This document shows positions 31,856 to 46,214 of a DNA stretch of 64,000 nt, in pieces. Position numbers and translations under genes: made by a program. Position 1 is the first letter of the stretch, and the number at the start of each line of letters is the position of its first letter. A model generated the notes under the pieces. The model saw only the letters and a program-made list of their open reading frames with translations, was not told the DNA's origin and did no database searches. The DNA comes from the human T2T-CHM13v2.0 reference genome, Homo sapiens: the NCBI RefSeq assembly GCF_009914755.1, contig NC_060947.1; one strand, 5' to 3'.

Positions 31856-33284
31856 GGCTTGCATCTTCGTGATGTCTTGAGTTTATCTTTCAGGAAGACT
31901 CAGCGTACCAGGGGGCTAACAGATCCAGCTGCACTGCGGCTCTGAATGACTCAGGTCAGTTCAGGTACAGAATTAGATGAAAATATTGGACTTGCACTGT
32001 GCAGAAGGACCTCCTTTTGACAAGCCAACCTATGAAGAATGGCTGGCTAACAAGTACTTGCTTGTTTAGCCATCAGTTTAAGAAGGGTGGAATAGTTGGA
32101 GGTTTAGCTCTTTTGGAGGTTTACAGCCCTTTTTAGAGGCTGTCCCTTGCTATTCCTCTCTCCTTGCAAGGTTCAGAAATTCCTGTCTTTTGGGTTCATA
32201 TGGCTGAGGCCAATCAAATGCTTTCATCAGCTTGCCATTGGATGTTGAGTGATATATTGCCACCAGTTAAAATTTGACCTACTCAATGACCCTCTTGCAA
32301 ACATTAATTGTGCAGAACATCCTTCTCCTCCAACAAGAGTATCTTCTTGAAAAGGCCACTCATTTACTTAAGGCCAGAGTTAGCCCAACTCATCCAAATT
32401 TGTTACAAAGCTTACCTTGTACTACTTCATCCAGGGATTCCTGGAGAAAAGAATCACATAGGCCTAACATAAAGGTTAGAAAGAGATTATTTTCCTCAGC
32501 GACTTTGCAAACGATTACTAAAAAGGGCTTTCTGAACTTCTATGAGATACTTATTTACCATAACAAAAACACAGCCCTAATCATCAGAGAATAGAAAGAT
32601 GTATAACTAAGGCTTTACTTTAGCTGTGATGGATTTTGCACAAAACCTTTGAATTGCCATGGGAAAGGAACGGCAAATTTTAATGTGCAGAGAAATATTA
32701 AAACAGCATAAGCAATGATGGCCGTCTGGTTTTCAAACTGGTTGATGGATAAAGATAGGCTCTTTTTATTTCTGCAGAAACCAAACCACATTAAACAAGT
32801 ATTTCTTATCATGGAGCCAATTGTATGCAATATTACAGATTTTCTTTAAAGCTTCTAGTTAATCTTGTTGTGTGCCTTTGGAGGTATTAGGAAGGCATTG
32901 TCCTGAGATGAGTGAATATCTAAAAGGAGACTTTTTCTTTTTAATCAAAGTACAGAAGCTGCAAAACAAGGGAAAATTAAGAATTGTCTTTAAATTTAAC
33001 TAAGCTAATCCAGCTAGCTACAGAGATATTCTTTCTATTTTATTTGATCCACTGCATCCATCATTTTAGTAATATTTTGTTTTTTAGGAAAATGGTGTAA
33101 ATCGATCTGGAAACCTTGAGACTGTGTCTGTTGCACCCACGCTGTGTTTGTGTGCATATTCCAAGACAACCAAGGCAGACATTTTTGTTGTTGTTGTTTT
33201 AGCTTTTCTTTCCTGGACTTATAAGGTAAAAAAGTTTCTTTGTTGGGCTTGTTTTTTCTTTCAAGTTTATGGGGAGTAATGAAC

Positions 33285-33425
33285 ACTGAACTCAAAGTCA
33301 GATGCATTTTGGTTTGAATCTCAGCTTCATGCTTTGTAGCTGTGTGACCTTGGGCAAATCACTTAGCTTCTCAGAACTTCATGTATCTAATAAAAGGGTC
33401 ACCTGCTTTCAGAATTTGTGAAATA
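33285..33425 (+). mobile_element. MIR fragment
   Basis: GGTTTGAATCTCAGCT...AGCTGTGTGACCTTGGGCAAATCACTTA. Confidence 0.75.
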
Positions 33426-33589
33426 AAAAGTTCACAAGCTCAACTCAGTAATTCTATCAACAATCAGATACAAAATATCTTGGGGAAACTCAAGACATAT
33501 CTCTCCTAGGGCCAGGGCACAAGACTTCCTTCCCTGCTCCATCTTTGCCTTTCCAAGTTGGGAAAAGGCCTGGAAATAACTCTGTAGAA

Positions 33590-33750
33590 GTTTTATCGAG
33601 GATGAAGATTTACTATCCTCATTTCAGGAGGAAACTGAGGCCCAGCAAAGTTGTGGATTTTTTTCAATGTCTCATAGCTGTTAAGTGACCAAGCAAAGAT
33701 TATATAACCCAGATCGTCTAACTCCTCATCCAGCCTTTCCACCATAGTGT
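33590..33750 (-). mobile_element. MIR fragment
   Basis: TATCCTCATTTCAGGAGGAAACTGAGGCCCAG. Confidence 0.65.
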
Positions 33751-34999
33751 CTGTTTCGAAACAAACTGGGCCTTCTCATAGAGAGCTTTCGGTGAGAAAT
33801 TAGCTTTATTTTGAAATGTACCTGCTAAAGAGAATTCTTCAAATCCTCTCCTAAAGGACACTTAGTGATTAATATAAAATCTCCACCCAGGCGACTTTTA
33901 CACACTAATCCAAGTCAGAGAGATACAGATCCAAGGTTCTCATGGCAACGTTTAGCCCCCTCTTTGAGTAAGTGCATTACTACAAGGCCCTTCATCAACC
34001 AATCCCCTAATGCAGGGGAACCTTGAATACAAGACCCTGGAAACCCTAACCCTAACCTTCTCTTACTCTGAAAGAAAGGCAAACACTTTTTCCCCTTCTA
34101 TTCTCTTTTTTCCTTTATGGAAAAGAAAGGAAAGAACTTTCCTTCTTCAAGTTTCCTTTATGGACCATCCCCTGCCTTTGCCCCAACCCCACCTGGGCCT
34201 CAATTTCTGTGACAATTTTCTTCTTTTCCAGCAGGGATTACTTTTCAGTGTTTTTTTTCAATGTGGGAAAAATAGATTTGGACTAAGGGGAGAGCTTCAA
34301 TTCCTTCTTTTGCATTTGGGTGATGGTGGATACAGTAACCCCATAGCTGGGTTCCTCTTTCCAGGTCCCAGGTTCATCTCCAGTTTTGTAGGGAGGCTTA
34401 CATTTAGACCAATAGTATGGACTGCAATCATGAGAAAAGAATCCCAGTTTCTTTACTTAGATGTGGGTTTGGGTCTTGTTTGGCCTCAGGCATGGATGGA
34501 AAGACTGGGAGGGGATGCCACATTTCTAGCAGGACTCAAATTGTCTCCTGGCAAAAGTGTCCTCAAAAGGTAAACTTACTTCATGATAAATATAAGCTGC
34601 TTTAGCTCACAGGTATTGTAAGTGTGAATCCCATTTTCACCTGACCCTCTCTCCTTATCTTCCAGTCTAACAACTTTAGGAAAAAAAAAATAGTGACTCA
34701 CAGTAGCCGTTTCTAATTTGGTGCATTGGTTACTTGGGTGTGAAATACTGGGCTGTGTCTCTATCCCTCTGCAAAGAAATCAGGAGTAACCAAAAGCCCT
34801 TTTTAGAAAACTCTGGAGAACTGTTTTCTGTCAACATAAACCCACTCTCATAGTATGGAGAAATGAGATTATTCATTGCTGTCCACAATTGTTGACTCTA
34901 TTTTCCAATAGTAACAAAGTCAAATTTAAGGAATCGTTTTTTTTTTTTCTTGGTCACAATACTATTTTTTTCAGATTCACATAATAGCCCAGTTATTTG

Positions 35000-35487
<488 letters not shown>

Positions 35488-35529
35488 TAGCCCAGTTATT
35501 TTCAAACTGCTCTTTATCAGTGGGATCTT

Positions 35530-36020
35530 TTTATTTTGTATTTTATTTTTATTTTTAAAATTGTGGTAAAATACACATAACATAAAACTTTCCATCTTAA
35601 CCATTTTTAAGTGTATAGTTCTGTGGTATTAAGTGCATTCACATTGTTGTGCAATCATCACCACCATTCATCTCCAGAACTCTATATCTTGCAAAACTGA
35701 AACTCAGTCCCCATTCCCGAGACCCTGGTAACGACTATTCTACTTTCTGTCTCAGTGAATTTGCCTATTCTAGATATTTCATATAAATAGAAAAATAAAA
35801 TATTTGTCCTTTGTGTCTGGCTTATTTCACTTATCACAATGTCTTCAAGGCTCATCCATGTTATAGCATTTATCAGAGTTTCATTCTTTTTATAGCTTAA
35901 TGATATTCCATTGTATGTAGATACCACATTTTGTTTATTCATTCATCTGTTGATGGAAACTTGGGCTGCTTCCATCTCTTGGCTACTGCAAATAATGCTG
36001 TTAGGAATATGAGTGTAGGG
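35530..36020 (-). mobile_element. L1MB 3' end
   Basis: TTGTGGTAAAATACACATAACATAAAA...CATTCACATTGTTGTGCAATCATCACCAC...TTGTTTATTCATTCATCTGTTGATGG. Confidence 0.88.
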
Positions 36021-37466
36021 GCTTTCAAATTCTTTTGCCATGAAAATTTGCAGATACCTACAGAGAAGCCTGATAAAAAGTGATAAATAGATTCCCATTG
36101 TTCGGCGGAAAGTTTTTCACTGTCAGAGCAGTATGAAAGGCACTGGTCCATTCAACCCTCTGTTTTCCCAGGTGAGGAAAGTTCCATCCATAAAAGAAAA
36201 AGACATGCAGTACTAGGAAGTTAAAGGTAGAGGCTCCATAAGAACCAAGGCTTCTGACCTCAGTCTGCTGCTATTTCCACTCTACTTGGTATTACCAGTT
36301 CAGGAAACTATAGCATTCTTTCTTAATATCTGCATTGGGAATATAGAAAGCCTTAGTGTAATTCTGGGAAAGTACTTTGATAGAGAACATGATTTGTTTT
36401 AGGACTTTCACGTTGAGGTAGTTGTGAAGCTTTTTTTTTTTTTTTTTTTTTTTTTTCGTATCATTTCATTTTGCTCCAGTAGTCCTCTAGTAACAGTATG
36501 TGGTTTCCAGAGCGGAACTGCTGACACCACTAACCAGTAACATCATGATACTCTAGCTTAGGAATGTGATATTTAATTATGAGATAATAGTTTCAGAGCC
36601 CTTTGAGCTGCTCAGAACAAAGGCATTGGATACATTCAAAGTGTTATTGTATGGCGTTATCTAAAGATAGACAGTTTACTAAATATTTCCAATTCAGTAT
36701 TAATCTTCAGATGTCTGCAAACATTCATTTGCATTTACAGAATAATGCTTTAAAATAAACCTGGGAAAGCAATTGGATATCATAGGATGTGCTTGGCCTT
36801 ACTGAGTATTTCAAGATAACTGAAAATAGTTGAAAATGTTGGTACCATGGCAACAAAATGAAACAAAAATTTTTGAAACTTTTCTTTCCTAGGAAAGATC
36901 CTTTATTGAGTTTCATCTTTTTTCATCTTTAATTGACATGAGTTGCTTTTGACAATGTTAATTTTGATTAGTTCATCTCATCTAGAATCGGCACATTTAA
37001 GATCTGACTGGTCATTCATCAATTATCAAAAAGAAGGAAAATGCTAAGCATTCTTCATTATAGCATAATGAATTTCTGGATCTTCCTCATTTTTAAGAAG
37101 AGTCAGATTTTTTAGGTCATCTTCACTTCTTGAAATTCCATACCTTTAGTCTAAGGGCAATCAAAGTGACAGGGAAAGCAACGAATAAAAGGGAAAAGCA
37201 GATCATCCCTCAAGGTGGAAAAGTTCTCCTCCCCTGCTACTCATCAAGCAGTGTCCTTGGGGTTGGAAGTAACTACAAAGAAGAAGGAGCTCATGTCTGA
37301 GGCTGAAAAGGCAGGAAAGAAACGTACATTTACTAAGTTGCTATTATGTGTCAGGCACTGGGCTTGGCCCATTTCTGAATATTATCTCATTTCATCCTCA
37401 TGACAATGCTGAGAAGTGGATCATCTTTCTCTTTTTTGTTAATACTTGAGGTAACTGGGGTTCTGA

Positions 37467-37802
<336 letters not shown>

Positions 37803-37914
37803 ACATCTACCTATTTTAATCCCCAAATGCAAATTTCCAGGCTTGGGGGTGGGGAGTAAGGAGAGGACTTCAGCAGCAGGAAGAAAGCAGGCAATAGGAG
37901 ATAAGAAAGTAAGA

Positions 37915-38125
37915 GGGTAGAACTTAGTGTTTCAGGCTCAAATTTAAAGCCTCACCTCACCATTTCTTGCTGTGCACACTTGGGGAAAAAACTCAGTCTC
38001 CTTTAGGTTCAGTTTTCCCACCTAAAAAACAGGAAAAAATGCTCCTCACCTCACAGAGTGGTTGTGAGCTTTGCTGATAGTGCCAGAAATGTATTCAAGC
38101 ATAGAGCTTTGCACTCAGAAAACAT
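37915..38125 (+). mobile_element. MIR
   Basis: TTCAGTTTTCCCACCTAAAAAACAGG...CACCTCACAGAGTGGTTGTGAG. Confidence 0.65.
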
Positions 38126-38463
38126 TTTTCGTGGTTGCTTTTATGTCTAGGGGACTCCATGTTCTAACATATTACTGGATGTTTCCAGCCAGAAGTGTGT
38201 ATTATTGATTGGGAAGGCAGCTGACAAGATTAGGCCATGCAAGTCAGAACACACAATATGGCGCGAGGGCATTTACACTCAGGGCTCTCAAACTCTGGCC
38301 CCGAGGATCCCTAAAGCTCCCAAAACTGGACTGAAATGTCAGCCACTTTCTAAGAATAAAGGAAGCCTTTCCCAGTTTGCAGATTAATTTGATACATCTT
38401 TTCAACTATAATTTTTTTCTCCCATAAATATTTATTAAACAATTTGGTGCCTGCTCCTAGAAC

Positions 38464-39010
38464 TTCATTCATTCAATAGCTTCTGAGTGCCTTCTCTGTA
38501 CCAGGTACTGTTCTTGGCACTGGAGAAACAGCAGTGGAAAAAAACAAAAAACAAAAAATCCCTGGCCTCATGGAGCTTACGTTCTAATTGGGGAAAGAGA
38601 CAATAAATACGACAAATAGGTAAAGTGTATGGTATGTCAGTGATAAAGGCTAAGGAGAAAAAAAATGAGCAAAGGAACAAAGAGGATAGGAAGTATGAAT
38701 GGGGTTTGGAATATTTATTTGGTGGGGAAGCGGTGGAAAACCCTACTGAGAAAGTGAAATTTATTTGACCTGAAAGAAGTGATAATTCCAGATAGAGAAA
38801 GCAGCAAGTGCAAAGGCCCTGAGGAGGAATGTTAGTAATATTCTAGGAGTTAAAAGGAGGCCAGAGTGGCTGATAGGGTAAATGAATGAGAGAGGGATAA
38901 TGGAGCGGTATGGGGGCAGGAACAGGGAAAGCACCATGTAAGGCCTTGTACAGCTGATGGATTGTAGTTAAAAAACTAAGCAAGACACAAGCAATTGAGT
39001 ATAACAGAAA
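38464..39010 (-). mobile_element. L2a 3' region
   Basis: TTCATTCATTCAA...GTACCAGGTACTGTTCTTGGCACTGGAG...CAGCAAGTGCAAAGGCCCTGAGG...GGAGGCCAGAGTGGCTG. Confidence 0.85.
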
Positions 39011-39139
39011 ACTTAAAAATATTAACATATAATTTCTTAGAAATGTTCCAGATACTGATATTATTGTTGTTCCGACAAAGAGGCATGTACATAAATAAAA
39101 AAGCCAAATGTGTTTGGTGATAAAAATAGATATCACTAA

Positions 39140-39470
<331 letters not shown>

Positions 39471-39610
39471 TAGTATTCCACAAAGGTGCCCATGACTTCG
39501 AGGTCCTTGCTACCTAAACAAGTTAGAGAATCATGGCTAGTGAGTGGCAGTGCTAGACTTCTAGGCCAGAGCTGTTATGGCCCTACTCCATGCTGGAGGC
39601 ATGTCCTATA

Positions 39611-39852
39611 ACAGAATCATTCAGTATCAGAACAGGAAGTGGCCTTGGAGGTCATCTAATTCAACTTCCTCCTTGTAGAGATGCGGATGGGAAACCCGAG
39701 TCATGGAGAGCAAAAGTGACCTGCCAAAGGTTAGCTAGCATGTCAGTAACACAGCTAGAACTAGAGCTGAAACTGTTGCTTTTTATCTGAAATGTCATGG
39801 TAGTGTTTGCAGGCTGAATGGTGGGCTCACTTTCCAGTACTTAAGGCAAAGG
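39611..39852. repeat. Local duplication, copy 1: MIR-derived 155 bp plus an inverted 77-bp segment
   Basis: 39611-39765 matches 40381-40526 directly. 39776-39852 matches the reverse complement of 40537-40613 at 60/77, ungapped. Confidence 0.85.
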
Positions 39853-40380
39853 TGGGCTCTGAACCCAGCTGTTTTAGAGGAAGTGGTGGCAGATAATTCA
39901 CCCCCTAACCTGGAACCAAGGAGATCTGAGACATAGGGGACAAAGCTGAGTTGATTTTAGGGTATGAGGTAACTATAGACTCCGGGCTGGTGGATTGTTG
40001 CAACCAAGGCAGGGCCTGGTGTTAATGGAATCCTGTGTCTTTCAGGGGTGGGAGTGAAGATAGACCTGGTGAGTTTATATCCTGAATGTTTTTGAACATC
40101 TTGAGAAGACCACCCATGAAGTTCATATGTTTTCTTGTTGATTTCTGTCTTAGGTGCTGTGCAGATGTGTCTGGAAACTGTTTAACTGAGAAAATACCAT
40201 GTGGTGGCAAACGTCCTTGCTGTGTGGGCTGAACTTGTTGCTTCTTGCTGCCACCAGCCTATTGCTGAGACTTTTCTTGTATTATAACCAAATTGGTCTG
40301 AGGTGGGCACGCAGCATAAAGAAGGAGAATTTCCTGGTGACTATTTGAGGCAGCCTAGCTGTAAAGCCAGTGTGTACAAC

Positions 40381-40613
40381 ACAGAATCACTCAATAGCAG
40401 AACTGGAAGTGGCGTTGGAGGTGATCTAATCCAACTTCCTCCTTGTAGAGATGAGAAAACTGAGTCACGGAGCAAAAGTGACCTGCCAAAGGTTAGCCTG
40501 CGTGTCAGTGACATGTTAGAACTAGACCTCAGATCTCCTTTGCCCTATGTACTGGAAAATGTGTTGACCATCCAGCCTACAGATGCCTCCATGACATTTC
40601 AGACAAGGAGCAA
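40381..40613. repeat. Local duplication, copy 2 (MIR-derived plus flank)
   Basis: Shares CAACTTCCTCCTTGTAGAGATG and GAGCAAAAGTGACCTGCCAAAGGTTAGC with copy 1. Confidence 0.85.
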
Positions 40614-42974
40614 GGCCCATTGCTTATCATTTGCTTATCATTAGAAACTGGCAATTGATGAACTTCATCTCACAGGCAAGGAAATGGATCAGGTACTGTC
40701 CCAGGCTTTGCTGGGCTTGGGCAATGATTAGTGTCAGGGCCAAACTGCTTTTGCCGATGGCTTGGGGGCTTTGGAGAGCTAAGATTGGGGTTTTGCAGGG
40801 ATGGGATTGGGGCCAACACTGGTCAGTCAGACCCTGCTACCTTGGAGAACCTGACTAATGCCTAGCAGTGTGGGGTTTAGCCCAACCTGCTTCCTGGATA
40901 TTCTTCCACCTGTGAGTGGGCACTTGTTGGAGCTCATGCCTATCTGTTCTTTTCTCTGTCTTGCTCTCTCTTACAGAAGCTTGAGAAGCAGACATTACAC
41001 AGCATGAAAAGCCCACATCTGCAGTGGAGGTGCTGAGAACCCACTAGTGAGGCAGCTGTGAGTCCTCAGACATGTGTTAGTGCTGGTGGCTCAGGGCCAA
41101 GTGAAATCTCTGGCTCCAATCATGTGGCTACCCTCTGTAAAAGTTGGCTGTCTGAAAGAATGCAACAGGAAAATCAGAAACGCCTGCATGCGTTTCCCTG
41201 TTGCAGTCGGTGCAGAGCAGTAGTTCAATTCCACTCAAGTCCCAGTGATGTTACGGAGATCCTTTAATATCATTTGGAAACCCAGACACCTGGTTTTGCC
41301 ATTTGTGAGCTCTCATGACTCATCGCCATGCTCCACTCACCTCTGAGATGAGAGTGGCTTTCCCAGCTGGAGGTTGCCTTTGTGTAGATGATCGGTTGGC
41401 TACATTTCCAGAAGAGAGTAAAAGGTGCATGACTTAGGTGTGATCTTGGACATCAGAACAAAAGGTGAAGAACAACACACCATTGCTCTGTGAAAACTGG
41501 CATGTAGTCATCTTGCTTCTGGGAAAATGTCACCTCCTGGTCATCTATTGACCTAAAGCTAGGAGCCAGGGGTATATGAAATATGTTTGACACACTCTTC
41601 AAACCACTTTTCCAAGGTTGCTAGCTAGCTACAAATACCCACGCTGTTCTACCGACATATCTTCTTGAAAAGTAATGGCATTTTAAAAAGGGAGGAGGGT
41701 GAAAGTGGGGAGGTGCTTAGAACTGACAATATTGCATTACTTTTGGAGAACTGCAATGTGCTCTGCTTGGACAAAAGGAAGTTAGACTGCGATAATATAA
41801 TTCTGGATTCTATGGAATGTTGCAGCTCAGAGGGGCAAGAGATAAAAGACAGAGGCACAGCATAGTGGTAAGTTTCAGGGTTTTTATTTTATATGAAAAC
41901 CTCATTTTGTCACAAATATGGACTGAATGTAAGTAATAGAAGAGTATTAGATTTCTGTGCATCAAAATGGAAACATGCTTACTTGGCTGTGCTTTGTATT
42001 ATCTGAAAAATACCAAGTGTGCCTCATCAATAGCCTTTGTGCTAAAAGGCTTGCAAAATAATTTCAGAAAAGGTGTGTTGGCAATCAACAACTGTTTAGC
42101 TAGAGGGAAATAAATAGCCTATTTGATGAAACTACCTGGGAAGCACCTTTGCTGGTGCAACATATGTCTATGCCCCATTGCTGTATGTCCAAGCATGTTC
42201 AATTATGGATCAGGGTGTGTAAGTTAGAGAGCCATGGAGACATAAGCGAGACATAATTTATGCAGATTTGCCCAAGTTCATATAGCACTTTGTTATTCAA
42301 CACAAAAGCAGCCACCATAGCAACCTCAGGATCACAAAATCCTTATGGTACCTCTGAGAGACAGATCATCCTCTTGCAAAATGTTGAAGCGTGCAAATGT
42401 TCCACAGCCACATAGTTTATCTTTGCCCTGTGTGAACCAGGGAGCTGGATGGCTAAAATGCTTTTTTCCTTTTGGTGTGATCTTAATGTCCCATAAATGC
42501 ACAGTCTGTGTTAAGTAAGCTAGCTAGTAGGTGGATTTTCTCCTCTCTCAGGGTTTGTTTTCATTTTCATTTCCTTAATGATTTGAAAAGTTATTTTCAA
42601 AGGTTCCTAGGACAGGACTCAGTGGCGCTATGCTGGACCTGGCTTCCTTTGCTGCCGAAGTACAGACCCTCTGCAGCATAACAGAACAAGGCCATTGAGC
42701 AGCTAGTGGGTAAGGGGTATAGTAATGAGCTCCAGCTGTTGAGTTAAGCGCCAAGGAACTGAGGAGAGCCCAAATGGAGAGGCTCTGCCCTTACCTTTCC
42801 TGTTTTGGTATCCAGACCCTGGGTCCAAATTCAAGCTGATGTCCCCACTTCTGAACACCCCTAGTGACCTGCAAGTGTCCTTCATGTGCTAGACGTGGCA
42901 GACTCCCCAGCTCACAGGTCTTGGGTATTACGTGGAAAAGGCTCCTAGGATGGAGTACAAATAAAGTGCATCTC

Positions 42975-43122
42975 TGAAAAACAAATGAAAAGCCCTGATG
43001 TGTAGGGTCTGCATATTTTTGTGGTGCAAATACTCCCATCGTAGCCCAAGTTCAAACTAGCAGCAGCTTAACAACCGGCTCACAAAACTCCTGAAAATCT
43101 AACAGCCAGCTCCAGGACAGTG
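42975..43122 (+). mobile_element. MER63-like hAT-Blackjack fragment
   Basis: GTGGTGCAAATACTCCCA...TTAACAACCGGCTC...CCTGAAAATCTAACA...CAGCTCCAG. Confidence 0.65.
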
Positions 43123-43227
43123 GTGTCCCAGGTTATCTCATTTGCTACCCACAGCCAGTCTCAGGGATAGGTTGGTGTCCTCAATCCCATTTAAGGGAAG
43201 CAGAAACAGGCCTAGAGGGCTTAAGGC

Positions 43228-43322
43228 AGTGATTCTCAAACTTTACTGTGCATATGAATCACCTGGGGATCTTGTTAAAAGGGGATCCTGTGATTCTGCA
43301 TTTTTAACAAGCTCCCTTGTGA
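43228..43322 (+). mobile_element. MER5A fragment, internally deleted
   Basis: CAGTGATTCTCAAACTTT...GAATCACCTGGGGATCTTGTTAAAA...TCTGCATTTTTAACAAGCTCCC. Confidence 0.8.
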
Positions 43323-44894
43323 CAAGTTTCCACAGTTAATTAAAGGTACAGTCAACCTTCTGGAAAAGGAGAGGAGGCTAAAAGATGGTGTCTCACAACG
43401 GACAAGTCATGCTCTGCCCGCTTGTCCAAGCCACACTCTTTGATTCCCCAATCAATTCCACTCCTGGAATGCTCAGGGACCCTCATGGGCCCTCACAGCA
43501 GCCACTAGCAAAAGGCTGTAGGACAGAACACATACCGCCCTTTCAGGCAAAGGGGAAGCTGGGTTTTTTCTTTCCAATGCGCACAGGTTAGGGACAGGCT
43601 CAAAGCAGAACTTTGATGGATTCATGGCCGTATGACGGCCTTTTGCGTGACCCAATGCCAACCCTATAAAGCAACACCTCTCCTTGAGTTTGCTCATATT
43701 ATGTGACTTTATGGTACTGCACCCTTAGGAATTTGCTCTAATTCTATATTTCCTTCCTCTCTTGGTCTTAAAGGAAAAAATCTGTTGCTGCATATTGTAG
43801 AGGAGCTGAAAATTGAGGCTATTCTCTGGCTACCTGATAATTATAAACTTAGAGGCTAAAATCAGCCACCAGAAAACAATTACAAATGAGCTAATGTGGG
43901 TCCTGTTTTCACTCAAGTTCATCACCTTGTAATAAAGACTTAGAAGAGCTGGAGAGATGACTGAATGGAGAAACCTAAGCTCAGGGGACTGTGTGTCTTG
44001 GATGATGCTAAATTCTGGGAAAAACAGGTAACAGCATTCCTGATCTCAGAGAGCCTGCAATCTAGTGGGGGTAACGCAGGCCCACCAAAGTGTATGAGAG
44101 CGTATATAGTAAAAGGTCCAGTTGGGCAGTGAGATTTAGATTATGTTTGTTGTACAGAATGCTGTAGTGTCTGTGGGCAGGGCTACTGTCTAGACTGTCA
44201 GAGCACAATTTCCAAGGGAATGTCTGTTCTTCATTCTTGTTTTAAGAGTTTTCATTCAATTGTGTAATCAAAAGATTCAACTGTATCCAAGATACTTTCT
44301 AGTTAATAGAACGCACGAGCAAGGGATTCTTTTTTTTTTCCTTGGGAGATTGTCTCACAATCAAAATAATCTTTCTAGTAAAACAATTTTATCCTGATAT
44401 TCAGTTCCAGTTCTTTTTTCATTTTCTTCTCCTGAGTCTGGAGAAACCAAGTGAGTCATGATGATCCATTTATTCGCTGCCAAATGTATGTTTGCTGTTA
44501 TACAGACATAATCTTAACTGCATCTCTCTGCTTTTCTTTATCACCCTAACAAATTTCATTCTGTGTCTGCTACAGGGATGCCTTTTTGTTTATAGGACAA
44601 GAGAGTGCACAGTCACATACCTTATCCCTTTTCTACCTATAGAAATCCTCCTCATCCCCTCAGGCCCAATTTGAAATGTCACATTATCTGGGAAGCCTTC
44701 CCCAATCCCTGCCGTTAGTTGGAAGGTATTATATTTTTCTCTGGGTCTACAACCTCGTGCCCCCCTTCCCAATAAGAGCACATATTTGATTCTGCCTTCC
44801 ATTAGAGGTAATTATCTCATGGTCTTTCCCCCTTTCTTACCTCCACCCCGGCTAGAATGTCAGATTAAACCTGTAGATTAATTAATAATTTTAA

Positions 44895-45284
<390 letters not shown>

Positions 45285-45894
45285 TAACTCCTTATCGGAG
45301 GTGCCATCATCCTATTTCACTGAAGGTCAGAGAGGTCAGCAACTTGCCTGGAATCTCCCAAGTAGCAATAGTTTAAATCTGACCCAAAGCCCACACTTTT
45401 TTCATTCCACCCCCTGCTATATGCTTTCCTGGAGGGTAGGAACTAAGGTATCCAGCTAGATTAATTGTTTAGTAAGTTGTCTAATGAATACATACAGGAA
45501 GCGGTATGTGTTACTCTGCTCATGGTATCAATAATGAGGTGCTAAAAAAGGGACTGCCACCTGGCTGGTGCCCCTCCTTGCGTGGCCTCCCAGGGTACAG
45601 CACTCAGGTCTCCTTTCTTTCAATCTCTGTGTACTGTGCCATGTCCCCATTTGTCTGTTCCCTCCCATTCAGTCAACTAGCTAAGCTTATAAATGGATGC
45701 ACTTTGATGCTATTGTATTAATGGATGCTAATAGGTATTTTCCTTCATTCAACATTTATATAACAAATATTTAATGTACAGTGCCAGGCACGTAGGAGGA
45801 GTCTTATACATATCCATTGAATAAATGTGCTAGAGGCAGAATGGAGCTGTTTGTGACAATAAAGATAGGAATACAGACACAGGTTAGAGCTAAT

Positions 45895-46214
45895 TTCTCT
45901 CTCTCTCTCTCTCTTTTTTTTTTGTTTTTTGTTTTTTTGAGATGGAGTCTCTCTCTGTCACCCAGTCTGGAGTGCAATGGCACGATCTCGGCTCACTGCT
46001 ACCTCTGCTTCCTGGGTTCAAGCGATTCTTCTGCCTCAGTAGCTGGGACTACAGGTGTGCACCATCACGCCTGGCTATTTTTTTTTTGTATTTTTAGTAG
46101 AAACAGGGTATCACCTTGTTGGCCAGGCTGGTCTCGAACTCCTGACCTCAGGTAATCCACCTGCCTCAGCCTACCAAAGTGCTGGCATTACAGGCGTGAG
46201 CCACTGTGCCCAGC
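45895..46214 (-). mobile_element. AluS
   Basis: Antisense Alu. TSD TTAGAGCTAAT. Confidence 0.93.

Noticed and set aside
34041-34058. AACCCTAACCCTAACC telomere-like repeat
   Set aside because: Under three units, compatible with chance and too short to call an interstitial telomeric sequence.
34010-34573. 187-aa ORF in unique sequence
   Set aside because: Its F/L-rich composition follows the T-rich DNA. There is no recognisable domain and no supporting exon or promoter structure, so it is most likely a chance ORF.
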